Origin: Strigamia acuminata
Lineage: Eukaryota
Assembly (NCBI GenBank): GCA_949358305.1
Contig: OX442314.1
Span: forward strand, 28,768,001 to 28,832,000
Length of the DNA stretch: 64,000 nt
Direction: 5' to 3'
Part shown: one piece after another, positions 1 to 12,514 of the stretch
Position numbering within the stretch: the first letter of the stretch is position 1
Layout: each line of letters opens with the position of its first letter
The notes under the pieces: model-generated
What the model saw: the letters and a program-made list of their open reading frames with translations, nothing else
What the model was told of the DNA's origin: nothing
Database searches by the model: none
Program-made: the position numbers and the translations under genes

Positions 1-338
1 AATGTCGAGGAAATGTGGACTACACTGGGTAGAATAAATTCAGACGACAGTACGTAAAAATATTCCATTTTATACTAGTACTTAAGCTTACATCAGTGTT
101 GAATTTGCGGCCATCATCGTGAGACACTTTAAAATCACTATAATTGAAATAATTTTCCCCATTTATCCCTGAGCTGGAAAACTTCACGTTGGGTCAGGAA
201 AATCATTTCGAAACCGATCATAACTGTCAGTTTAGAAAAATCATAGCGAATTGCAGGGCATTGAAACCTGTGTTACTAAAGAGTAATTCCGATTAGAGCG
301 TTTATGGAACCATTCATAAAAGTTAACTGCCCCACACC
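1..338 (+). pseudogene. Truncated DEG/ENaC paralog fragment (end of first large exon plus start of intron)
   Basis: Near-identical to ~5896-6240 (NVEEMWTTLGRINSDD, donor, intron) but lacks 8 nt (ttatgcgc) just before the donor. Homology stops abruptly at 338 and no downstream exons follow. Confidence 0.8.
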
Positions 339-581
339 GGGTCCGCCATTTTCCTTTTAAAGTCAGCTAGCAATAGTTTACATCAGAAGTGGGACAGACG
401 AATTTAATGCGACGATAGATGAATTTATGCGACTGAACGGATAGACGAATTCTATGCGACGATAAACGAATTCCAGTAGACGAAACGAATAGATGAAAAA
501 GTAGAAGGAAAAAGTTGAAGAAAAACGAGACGACGATTGTTTTTGTGACAGAAACGAAATTCGGGGACGACAAATAACTAC

Positions 582-1265
582 GTGGACGGTTCGGAAATCA
601 AAGAGAGACGATTTGCTGAGACAACACGTGTTACGAGAAGGTTTGACCGAATTGCGATGGCCGGAACAAAGGCAATTTTAGAGAAGATGCAACGAGGAGA
701 AATTCTTACAGTTAGCGAATGGATGGCAATTTTGAACCAGTGGATGCAAAAAGGGACGAAAGAAGTGAAGAACGCGCCAGAGTTACCACGTGTTACGAGT
801 AGGTTTAACCAAATTACAAACGAAAAGATGGTCGAATTGAAAGCAGTTGTAGAGAAGATATGACGCGGAAAAGTTCCAGAAGACAACGAATGGTTTAAGT
901 TGAGGATCCGAGAGATCAAACCATTGTTACAAGCTCGTAACATTTTACCGCCAAAACAAAAGCTCGACATGATGTATTTGTTGCGGCAAACGGTGCGTAC
1001 GGAGGCGGGAATCAAAGAAGAAGACGTAGATGAAGAAGAAGAAGACGAAAACGACGTAGAAGAAACGGGTCGTAACGAACATGTAATCGGGACAGGTCAA
1101 AATGGAGACGCAATCGAGACGAGTCGAGAGGAAATTGCGATTGGATCGGATCGAAACGAAGACGCGATCGAAACGAATCGAAATGAAGATGCGATTGCAA
1201 AGAAACCGGAAGAAGCTATCAGAGAGATGAACGAAGAATCGGGCGATAAATTAGACGGCAATGAT
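582..1265 (+). pseudogene. Degraded ORF of unknown, probably TE-derived origin
   Basis: ORFs 582-863 and 900-1373 are in the same frame, separated by a single TGA. They contain an internal repeat (EKMQRGEILTVSEW / EKI*RGKVPEDNEW) and acidic RNEDAI repeats. Confidence 0.4.
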
Positions 1266-1447
1266 GAATTGTTTGCAGAAATCCTTGTAGAAATTAGATG
1301 CGAATTGTGGCCCATTATCGGAAATCAAGTTCCGTGGGAACCCGAAGCGCTACTTCGTATAGGCATTGGATGATTTTTTGCTTCGTGGGTTTCTCCATCG
1401 GGAAGAGTTCGGGCCATCCAGTCGCAACGTCCATTATAACTAATATA
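1265..1447 (-). mobile_element. Antisense Gypsy integrase fragment of the element A family
   Basis: The minus strand encodes YILVIMDVATGWPELFPMEKPTKQKIIQCLYEVAL, then after a small deletion GFPRNLISDNGPQFASNFYKDFCKQF, closely matching A pol at ~22730-22920. Confidence 0.9.
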
Positions 1448-1570
1448 CAGGGTGAGTCAAAAATCTGGAAACACCTTTTTTTTCTTGAAAATGACCAAAG
1501 ATATATCAATTCTATTGATGTAGGCGTATAGGAAGTCAATGGTGTGCTATCCAGTGGTGACCTTAAATTT
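1448..1570. mobile_element. Possible Tc1/mariner-type terminus fragment
   Basis: TA followed by CAGGGTGAGTCAAAAATC, a typical mariner-type TIR start. No partner end was found. Confidence 0.35.
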
Positions 1571-2043
1571 CCAATATCCTCCCAAAGTTGTGGCGGTGCA
1601 TGAAAGTCAACCGCACCTCTCGGATCAATCAATCCATCGACCCAAGATGAGTTACACGACGAACCAGAAACCAGTGAAGCCGAATTCAGACGGCGAAGCC
1701 GACCCGAACCCGAGGACGCAGCCAGACCGGCCCCGATGACATCTTTGCCGGTCAAGCGGTACATTCAGACCGTTCCCAAACTCAGGACCCACGGACACGT
1801 AATGAATTATTTTAGGGCTATTCTCTAGCCAACTCATTTTATAATTTAGTAGTTCATTTAACTTGCCAAATGTCGGCATTAGGCTTATGTATAACTAAGT
1901 ATTGATTATATTGTTGATAACAATAAACTGTAGTGTTTTGATAACTTTTCTTGTCTTGTATTTATCTCGTATTGTATTCACTGTTTATTGCAATCTATAC
2001 CCGGTACCATTGTTAAATGGGAGTTGTGGTCGTCACCGTCATA
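1571..2043 (+). mobile_element. 3' portion of an LTR related to element C LTRs
   Basis: Clearly homologous to 8563-8990 (CCAATATCCTCCCAAAGTTGTGGCGGTG...GGGAGTTGTGGTCGTCACCGTCA). Ends in CATA instead of CACA. Confidence 0.85.
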
Positions 2044-2087
2044 CCCGGAACGCAGCACAAGTTACAGTAATAGAGAGGTTCTGCCAG

Positions 2088-2301
2088 TCGTAGGACGGGA
2101 ACGGCTGACGCATGGAAAGCCAAAACGTCATCACTATTTGTGCTGACGTCATGGGGCGGAGCTAAGTTTCAGGTTGCATGCGGGAGCTTTGTTGTTTGCA
2201 ACGTGTAATGGCGGGTCCAGACGTCGTTGGAGAACGTGTAAAAACAACGGCAACAGGTGGGCGGAGCTAACTCTACAAGTTGCCGTTCCCGTCCGACGCA
2301 T
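2088..2301. mobile_element. Small MITE-like element
   Basis: Inverted repeat GGACGGGAACGGC (~2093) / GCCGTTCCCGTCC (~2282), with internal GGCGGAGCTAA duplicated. Confidence 0.45.
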
Positions 2302-5300
2302 GGGAGCGCTGCCTTTGTTGGCAATTAATTGAGTTTAAATAATCCATATTTTGTATCAAATATTAATGTAATGATTTAGCAAACAAAACTTGTAAAAGAA
2401 CATGAAGAACAAAGCTTGTTACAAAATCCTATTTGGACAATAACTACATACGGCGCACAAATTACATAGTGCAACTAGCGATGAAAACATGAATTGACAT
2501 CGTTAATACTTTCTGCTGGTTTGAAGGCAAAGGTAATAACTACACGCAGCACACTAATAACATAGTGCGACTAGCCATACAAGTTTTTCAATATCATGTT
2601 ATACTCAAAACCACTCCAACATCGATCTAATTCAGCCGGTTTACGCCTAACTGTGTACTGTGTTCTACTACGTGGAAAAGTAGTTCTGTGTCAAAGCATC
2701 ACCTTTGTTGGTAATGTTGGTAATCGAGCACAATGTCTGGAGTTCGATTACAATTCTGGTGTTTTGGACTACTTTTTTGTGCCACTACACCAGTGAAATA
2801 GATCAACGTTGGGGTGGTTTTGAGTATACAAGTAGTTGAAATATTTATTTTGTTTTGACACTTTCTAGTGTGTGTCAAGCAGGCAGGAAGCAGCACAAGC
2901 ACGGCAAAATCTGCTCAGCAAAAACAATTTTAATATTCAGGTAGGAAATTTTTATGTTAACTTGCCAGTTCGGCAAAAGGTAGTGGTGAGCCCACATTCT
3001 TCAGGGAGAGACTCTAGACCGGGCGCCATCTATATCAGATGCTCAGTCTTCAGTATTATGGCGGATTAATACAACAAATTAAACACAGTGGTCGATAACC
3101 AGTAACCTTGGCGACTTTCCTTGGTTGAATCAATTACCAAAATGCACTTTTCTATGCTCAAAAGCATTAATTAGCATAAATGAACCAATAGCACGCAAAA
3201 ATGTATTACAAAATGCATTGCAATCCATATATCCAGAAAGTTCCTGCGTTTAAGTCCATCCAGGATCAATCTAATGCTTAATTCACACTTGAACCACTTT
3301 TCTACATACATATTTAGTGACCCTACTTCTAGAAGCTCTTGTGTTTAAATTTGTTCTAAGTTTTCTACAACTCCGAACAAAACTTGATGTCACAACTCTA
3401 AATCACACCTCCATTCTATTATGTGACTGGTCTTAGAGCAAATTTAAAACAAGATGGATTCCAATTGCCAATCCAACTTTTTAAGGCTGCTTTCAACATT
3501 AAAATAAATTAGGTACTTTTAAACGCTCGTTTTGGTAGAGAGTAAACAAGATTGCACTTTTTTCGGTGACTGCCAAAAAACATTAAAAATAACGTACTTT
3601 TCCTTCCAATATTAAAAAACAAAATATTTGTATACAAACTGATAGAGACTGGTTTCAGAATTTATAGAAACCTTTTTCATATGGAAAATAGCAGTTTTAG
3701 AGTTGGATCGGATAATTTGGCATCCATTATTGTTTTAGTGGTGCAGCACCACCTATACACCACCAAAACTGGTGCTACATAGGCCGGTCGTTGAAACAAA
3801 CCAACAAACAAACAAACAGTCATGTCAATCTAAATCATGAACTAAGGACACATATCTGTGTGTTATTTTTTTATTGATTCGGTGTTGTTTGCTGATTGGG
3901 TGACAGCAATCATGTGTCATGCATTGCTTGCCGACTAAGCAAGTTTGTTACTTGTTGTTATCCTAAAATACAGTGCAACTGATACAGTGTAACTGATATA
4001 CAAAAAGCATTGGCGGGTTGGAAGCGGTACAGGAACAATAGCGGAATTAATAGGCGGCAAATTTATAGGTGTTGATTGTTTTCAGCTCTTTTAACGTCAA
4101 TTCATGTCGTGTTTTTGCCGCAATTATTTCGTCCTGGAATTCTTCCGCCTTCGTTATATCGTTTCCACAGTGCTGGACTGGCCCGGCGGGCTAACGGGAG
4201 TTTCCCGGTGGCCCGTGGCCGCTGTGGTCTGTCGCGGCCTGCTGTGGCCTGTTCCGACTTCATTAATTGTGGCCCGGACACCCAGATTTCCCGGCAATAA
4301 ATTTGTTCCCAGTCCAGCCCTGCGTTTCCAACGTCTTCAATGTCGGTGATCCCATCGGCCACAAGTATGTCGAGTTTTTCAATTCTCGTCCATTTCAGAA
4401 TCAATTGTGCCTATTCACAAACTAATTTCACCTCGCTCCAGTATCTCAATTTCTACGTTTACATGCATGGAATATTTCGAGTGAGCCGAAATATTCCGTG
4501 TTCACAACTATCGTATAAACAGAGATGACAAGGATTATTCGAGTAGTGAATAATCCCTGGCAGAAGGTTGTGAACTCGAACTATTTTTATTGCGCATGCA
4601 CGCATGATTTGATTTTTTCACCAAAATGTTTGGTGCATGTAAACATACTAAAAGTGTTGAAGAGAGTTCGTACACTCGCTCTCGCTACTTCTGTTTGTGT
4701 TCTATTTTTTGCCAAATCAGCCATTGTACAGAATTTTTCTTAGTTCTTTTCAATATCTAAACCCCGGGTTTCAGCATCATATGTTGCGGATGAAATTCAA
4801 TTTTGTATTTGGAAATAGTCACGTGACCGTCTGGCCACCCACGGCGACCTACGTCACTCCACACACTGCTCGCTGGCCCTAAGGTCATCCCCCCTTGCGG
4901 GGTAGACCGGCCCAGATGGGAAGGAGGGAGCTGAGTGGTGTAGTGAGGAGAACCAGAGAGAAAGAGAGAGTTTGGACAGCACAGGGAGAAGATGTGTGCT
5001 TGTGAGGTCCCGTAGCCAGCCTGGGCAGCGGTGCCCAAGTTGACTCTGCTTTCCTTCCATTCACCACTGTGACGCTCAGTGACAGATGATGGAAAGAAGC
5101 ACACGCACACGTTGGTTTACATGAGAACAGTGATTTTATTATTCAAAAAACATGATATGCTAATTTACGATTTCCCCCTTTCACATCAAATAAACCTAAC
5201 CATTTACATTGTGGTTCGTCCAAGTGACCCCTGGCGACCAAACATGGCATTGCCTCCAATTCCCCCCTTCTTTTCGTCCTTTTTAAACGTTAGTTTTAAC

Positions 5301-5551
5301 ACATAAACGCTCCTAAACAAGCGGAACAGTGAAGTGGATACAATATCAATGCAGTTTCTGTTTTATAATTTTTACCATTTGCGATTTAGAAAAATATTTG
5401 ACACTTTTGTTTATCTGTCCTTGCTTTCAGCTGCTCTTTACACAATTGTGTGTTAACACACGGTTCGGTATACGACGTATTGTACAGAACTAATAATGCT
5501 GAAACGGAAACCGTTCCAGGCTAGCATTCATCGACCAATTGTAATCTGTAG

Positions 5552-5951
5552 ATGCAACAAGAAGAGAAAAATCAGACAAGTCAGACAAGAAAACCGAGCT
5601 GAGCAAACTGAGTTTTTGGGATTGAACAAGTTGTGTGATCGTTCACGCAGCTCATTTTTCAAATTGGTTTGGTTCCTACTTGTCGTGGCTTGCTCCACTG
5701 CTTGTTTGCTCCAAATTTACACGCGCGTGAGCGATTACCTTGATGGGCCAATTACGCAAGAAGTAGAATTCCGGCCACAAACATCTTTTTTATTTCCTTC
5801 GATCACTCTACAAGGCATCCATATTTATGACTTACTTACATATATCTCGGATGCAGAGAATGAAAGCAACAACACTTTTAACTTAGACGAAAGCAATGTC
5901 GAGGAAATGTGGACTACACTGGGTAGAATAAATTCAGACGACTTATGCGCA
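5552..5951 (+). CDS. DEG/ENaC disrupted copy, first large exon (N-terminus, TM1, FPS motif)
   Basis: Lies within ORF 5496-5987. Acceptor tgtag|atgcaac is conserved with the paralog; donor GCA|GTAAGT. Confidence 0.85.
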
Positions 5952-6776
5952 GTAAGTAAAAATAATCCATTTTATACCAGTACTTAAGCTTACATCAGTG
6001 TTGAATTTGCGATCATCATCATGAGACACTTTAAAATCACTATAACTGAAATAATTTGCCCCATTTGTCCTTGAGCTGGAAAACTTCACGTTGTGTCAGG
6101 AAAATCATTTAGAAACCGATCATAACTGTCAATTTAGAAAAATCATAGCAAATTGCAAGGCATTGAAACCTGTGTTACTAAAGAGTAATTCCGATTAGAG
6201 CGTTTATGGAACCTTTCATAAAAGTTAATTGCCCCACACCACGGCTCTGCCTGGAAACTTAACACACTTCTTTAAACAGTTTTTGTTGTTTACAGATTTC
6301 ATGTTGTTTGTAATAACTGGAGTGTTCAACTCCATTGGTCAGTTTGACCATTTTGTTATTTTATGACGCGCTGCTCCCAGCGCCACCTATTTTAACTTTT
6401 TAATATATTCAGTTATGTTAATTTCCTTTAACCAACATGGCTGTCTTTTCTTTTACTCCAACGCATCCGCAATAATCAACTCGAGAAACACAATAATAAC
6501 ATAATGATTTTTTTGAATAATGAGATAAATACGTCACTTTAAAAAAAAAAATTATATTATGCTTAAAATAAAGCCAATTAAGTATGCAAACATGCAGATA
6601 TTTGTAAAACCTTGAAACATTTGATGAACATGAAATATTGACTAAATCAGAGTATTCCGATATTTTGGCTTAGAAATGTAATAATAAACTGTCTTTTACT
6701 AGGAAGCAGGAAACGCTGGATCCTTTTGTGGAGAAGAACTTGATGAGATAATGACAGTAAACTATTTTAATACAGT

Positions 6777-7078
6777 TGTGGTGATTCAGCATCACCTGAA
6801 GAAGTAATTAGCGGTGATTATTGTGTTACTAATACTCGCCACTAGAGCGCGCTAGAAATACCGACTAGACTGACTAGTCGCGTGTTTCTGCGAACCTGCA
6901 TAATCAGAAGGATTTGCATATGACGTCATTTCCGGTTAATATATATAGCCAATGCTTGACCGGAAACGACACTACAGTTACCACATTTCAGCAAGAGCAC
7001 CATTTACCTCACCTTTCAGGCCGTTTCACGGATTGATCGAGGACCGGTGCCCGCTGACCATTTCAACTGTACAACAGC
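6777..7078 (+). repeat. Element A 5' LTR, first part
   Basis: Matches 27336-27637. Contains ATTTGCAT, TGACGTCA, TTCCGG and a TATATATA box. Confidence 0.95.
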
Positions 7079-8990
7079 TATGACGGTTTACAATGGCTAT
7101 AAATGCCTATTTTCTATCAAGAAAGCGCTGTTGCGCCAATATGATGGTATTTTTACAATATTCTGTGTAAAACTGATAAATGTCTAGAATAAAGTCATTT
7201 ATGATGTTTCAAATACAAAGATGTTCGTTTATTAAGAATAAACACTAATTTCCACATGATACTAAAGTATCACGGCATAATTACGAAGATTCGTCTGCTA
7301 AAACCCGCATTTGTCAATGCTCCATATTGCCACTAGATGGCGCGATCGCAATTAGCGATAAATTCGAATACGAACTTGAAAACCTCATGATTAAATATAA
7401 ACGTATATTTAATCAAGTGAATAAATTGTGTTAAATATTAATATAAATATATATTAAATATCTGACATTGTTAAATACAATGTAACTTCCATTTCTGCGG
7501 GACAGAATGTTTAGCGATCAATCGGTCAACCGATCAATCTGATTGGTGGAACCCATTTCCGGTCCTGGGTATCCAGTTCCGGTTGTAACAAGGATTAGCA
7601 TAATTTGCATAAATGCTCCTCCGTATCCACTTCCGGTGATACGGGATTGGAGGGATTCGTGGAACCCATGTTCCAATTGGATGACTGGATTAATCCTTAA
7701 ATCCAGTCAGGTTATATAAACCCAAACAACCGGCCATTCTGCAGCTCTGTTTGATTATTTCTGTTTGGTATTGTTACTTAAGAAGTATGATTCGTTGTTC
7801 ACGTAAAAAACCTTTTGGTTCTTTGTTGATTTATTCGCAAAGAACCGTTGCATGATTCTACAGAATCATGCCACCGCCGGCAATTGAAGTCGAAGTGCTG
7901 GGATTATTATGTTGCATAAATGTTACAGTCTACGGTTGCGACGCCGAAGGAGAACCCGCCGTTGTGCAATTCAGTATCCTCCGGACAGGACCAAGTTGTC
8001 TTTTTCGGTATGAACGTATTCCGTTACCACGAGTAGCATCGGTATTGTTGAGAATCGGTTCCTTCACCTGATGGTGCCAAAGCAGTCTGTTTTACAGTAA
8101 CCACGAGTAGCACCAAGTGTTTGGCAAGCTGATTCTCATGGTATTCGATGCCAAAGCAGTCGGTCTATTATTAGTACCGCGAGAGATAAAACTGCTGTGC
8201 GGAGCCGCGAGCTATCGACCCCTGTGTACGTGGTACCGTCAACCACTCGATGGACGACCGTGCTGCGACGCCGGGGACGCTTGATACCGTTCTGCATGGC
8301 AAGGCGTATATTCTAATCGATGGCAATTGTGTGTTGCGACGGGAAGCTTAATCTTCATTTTATTTATAACAGAAAAACTTAAACTCGACAACCAGTTGGA
8401 CCAAAATCAAGTCAGAAGACTTAATCTCATATTGAACTCAATATAACCGATAAGTTGACGACAACTTATTCCCGAAATATCTAAATAAGAATTCACAACG
8501 ATATGAATTAAATATAATTCATAAGTGGAATATTGATAAGTAAATGAATACATTTACTTACACCAATATCCTCCCAAAGTTGTGGCGGTGCAGACAAAGT
8601 CAACCGCAATGCTCAGATCATTCGATTTATCGACGTGCGATAGTTTACACAGCGAACCAAGGAAACCAGCGAAGCCGTATCGGACTCCAGGACACAGCCA
8701 TCCGGCTTAAGATGACATCTATAATCAGGTCGAGCGATGGGGAAACCGCTCCCATATTCCAGACCCGTAGTGATATTATTCTAGGGCCAGTTGGCCAATT
8801 CTTTGTATAGTTTAATAGCTGATTTAACTTGCCAAATGTCGGCATTAGTCCTATGTATAATTTAGCTCATCCATATTGTTTGCCAACAATAAACTGTCTT
8901 GTATTTATCTCGTATTGTATTCACTGTTTATTTATTGCGATCTCTTCCCGGTACCATTGTTAAATGGGAGTTGTGGTCGTCACCGTCACA
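7079..8990 (+). repeat. Element C 5' LTR
   Basis: Direct repeat of 14593-16504 (offset 7514; duplicated small ORFs confirm). Termini TATGACGGT...ACCGTCACA. Confidence 0.95.
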
Positions 8991-8992
8991 CG

Positions 8993-9010
8993 TGGAGGTC
9001 CCACCGAGAT
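8993..9010 (+). promoter_or_regulatory. Primer-binding site, tRNA-Gln (element C)
   Basis: TGGAGGTCCCACCGAGAT, 2 nt after the LTR, complementary to the metazoan tRNA-Gln 3' end (AUCUCGGUGGGACCUCCA). Confidence 0.9.
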
Positions 9011-12000
9011 TAGGTTGCAATTAAATTCGATTGAATTGCAACAGTGAATATTGGAGATAAATATTTAACTAAAAGATTTAAGTTAAAAATAGACAGATTA
9101 AATTTTCAGTTTATATTTCCATGTGAAGAAGTTAAACTGATGAAATAGAAATACGTAGTAGATTTTCCTTCATTATTTTCGTTTGAAGATTTTAGGGATT
9201 TCAAAGACTACCACCTAATCTCACACGTGGAGGTCCCACCGAGATTAGGTTGCAATTAAATTCGATAGAATTGTAAAAGTGAATTTTGAGATAAATATTT
9301 AACTAAAAGATTTAGTTAAAAAACAGACAAGTTTCAAACCATGTTTATTTTCTTGAGAAACACCAAAACAGTCCTTTAACTAGGAATTTCGGAAGTTATA
9401 GACCTATCACACGATCACTGAAATAGGTTGCAAATTAATTCGATCGAATTGCAAAAGCGAATCTTGAATCCGATATTAACTAAAAAATTTTAGTTAAAAC
9501 AGACAAATAGATTTTCAGTTTATATTTTCATGTGAAAAGTTAAACTGACGAAATGGAAACGTTTAGTGAACTCTCTTTACTATTTTCGTTCGACAATTTA
9601 AGGAATACGAAGTATTTTAAATAAGAAATCAAAAAGTTTCGAGTGAAATAAGAATACAGATATTTTTTTTCGAAGTTTGTTTTATTTCGAAAAGCTAAAA
9701 ACATACAAGTTTAGAAGGCGGACTTCTTACGAATTTATCTTTCCACCTGAAAAGTTAAAACGAAGAAAACACCGCAACTATTTGGAAATATTTACAAGAA
9801 ATTAAGTTTCTTGTAACTGTACGTCGACACCGATAGCCAGCGACCACGCGCCATAGCAATACGCGTCGATCTCCGTATCAAACGCAGCAGGGAAGCTACT
9901 CAAACCTTCAACGCAAGGTGCGAACGAATGCTTGGAAATTATGGCGGACAACAGATAAAAGACAGCGGAGAAATGTTACAGAAGGTTCGTAGAGATTTAT
10001 TTAAGTGTCGCGAACTAATTTTTCCACTGCCATCGGTACCAAAGATAATTTAGTTGTTGGAGAAAAACAACACACTCCATTTCGCAGAAAAGATTTGCAA
10101 ATCGAAATGAATATTACCTTTATTTGAAGGAATTAACTATTTTCACAAAAAGTACATTTTTTCCTTCGGGACAATGGAAATTAAGAAAATATAAAATGGC
10201 GGCGAATGAAGTTGCCGACCACATAGAATAGTATTTTTTACATTGAAAGTTACGAATCACGATAAACGCTTTCCCTCGGAAAAGTAAAAGGATTTCATTC
10301 AATCTTTCCTTTCGGAAATTTAACAGTGTTTTAAGTTTCCAACGATATTTGGGTCTCCCAAATTTTGAGAATTTCTAAATGAAATTTAGCTGTTTGAAAA
10401 ACAACGAATATTTTTAGTAATCTAATCGGACATTTTCCCACATGATTTCTTAAAACCGGAATAACAAATCCATTTGTGGCTATGAACTTTGCCACATGAA
10501 ATATTTACGGAGCGAATATTTTTTGATTGGATTGAAGCTTTAAAATCAGATAGCTGATTTAAACGAAGAAAATAAGTTTCAAAGTAATTATTTTTCTTTC
10601 GGAAAAATCAAATAAATCACCGCTGATGAAAAGTTGTATTTTTCCATTCGAAAAAACTAAGAATTGCACAAGATTTATCTTCTATTTTGAACATAGATTT
10701 TATTCGGAAAAGGAAAGATTCTAGATACATTATTTTTCTCTAAAAATTAAGAATTTAGTCAATTTTCCTAAAGGTTAATGGAATGTCATCATATATTTCG
10801 TTCGTAATTTACGTGTTAAAGTTTAATCAGAAAAACGATTGAATATGTTTTATTTGCGATAAGTAAAAGAAAGGTTCTTTAAAAATGGAATTTCGATGCA
10901 AATCCCACAGTAAAGGGAATGTTATGTGTGAGCAATTAACGAAAAGTTGGAATAACTTCATTTTATTTCATTCAAAAGTAGTTGTGAAAAATCAATTTCA
11001 AATATTTTTCAAAGAAAAATTATTTTTATCGGAAAAAAGTAATTTACATGTCCTCGCGCGGACCGAGTAGTAAACTGCTTAATTGTGACATCGATACTGT
11101 TATTGTGTCACGTGTTATACGGAATTCCAAACCAGTGAATTACGAATTTTGGCGCGATAGGAATAGAAGTTTGACAGTGAAAGTTCTCCAGATTTGTCTT
11201 TTCATTTGAAAAGTTCAAATTGAGGAAATGCTGCAGCAGATGAAGGTATTTACGACAATTGAGATTTAAATATTCTTTCATTCAAAAGATAAAAGATCTC
11301 TGCAAAAACATCTCGTTATTAGAGATAAGGGGGACGAAAATTATTAAAACGAATAATCAAAGACACGTCCTTCGTAAATATCGCAAAGGAATAACTAATT
11401 GTGAAAACAATTGTCCGCTCAGGAAAAGTGGAATTTAGCTAGATATTTTCTTTCGAAAAATCAAAGCAATTGTCATCAAAAAAGAAAGATTTGATGAATA
11501 ATTTTTACCCAAAAGTCTAAAGGATTGTCGAATAGTTTTCTCCCGAAAAACAAGTACACATTTGTACCAATAACTTTATCGTTTAAAGTAAAATTTCGAA
11601 TATTTTCTTTTGGAAGATTAGAGAATTAGATAATTTTTCTCGCAAAACAAATTTAAAGAATTTTAACGAATTTTTATTTGTTAAAAAAATTTGTTAAAAA
11701 AGGGGGAGATGGATGGTGAAAATTTATTTTTTCACACTCGAAAAATGGAATTTAAACCCGAAAAAGTAAAGACTTGGTCAAATTATTCTTCCTATTGGAA
11801 ATGAATACACAATGTTGGGAATCGAAAATAGATTTCAATTACAAAGGAATGATTATTTGAACGATAATTGAATAAGAATAAGAAAAATTGAGAGTTTGAG
11901 AAAACTTTATTAAAAGTTGTGGTTGTAACGATATCACACACTAACGGAATAATTAAAAGAAAAATATTTTTTGAAGAAAAGTTATTTAATTATTTGGATT

Positions 12001-12514
12001 GGTAAAAATCCCAAAGTTCAAGAAGATTGAAGTAAGTTTATTTTATTTTCATTTGAAAAATACAATATTTTACGAATGTCTTCCCGAAGGAATTTTATTT
12101 TATCGGTAAAATTGAATCTCGAAGGGAACGGACTTAGTAGAGAACTACTAAATAGATGTAACGTCCTTTATACCATTGGCCGACACTAACATCCGCCAAT
12201 CAGAAGTTGGGAGATCTAGGGATCCCCAGCCCCCTGCTATTAAAGGAGGACCAGATCAGATACTGATCATTCGCATCCAGACCAGACCAGAAGACGTGTT
12301 CCAGAGTCATCTTGACCACGCCGTCCCGATTTCAGTCACGATTCGAATTTTGTGTGCCGTGTAACCTGCAAAAGCTAACACGTGTCAAACAAACGCGAAG
12401 TTTAATTTTATTTTGTCAAAAGTAAAGTTTAGAAGTGTTTCTTGTTGAAAAGTGTATTATATTCGTCTTCTTTATAAATTAAAGAATTAAAATCGTCAGA
12501 TTTTGAATTTTTTT

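Noticed and set aside
4804..5244. Possible solo LTR (TG...CA, AATAAA, followed by TGGCA)
   Set aside because: No TSD, partner or recognisable PBS; cannot be supported from this window.
7868..8845. Small ORFs in the C and D LTRs
   Set aside because: Short and motif-less; they appear twice only because the LTR is duplicated.
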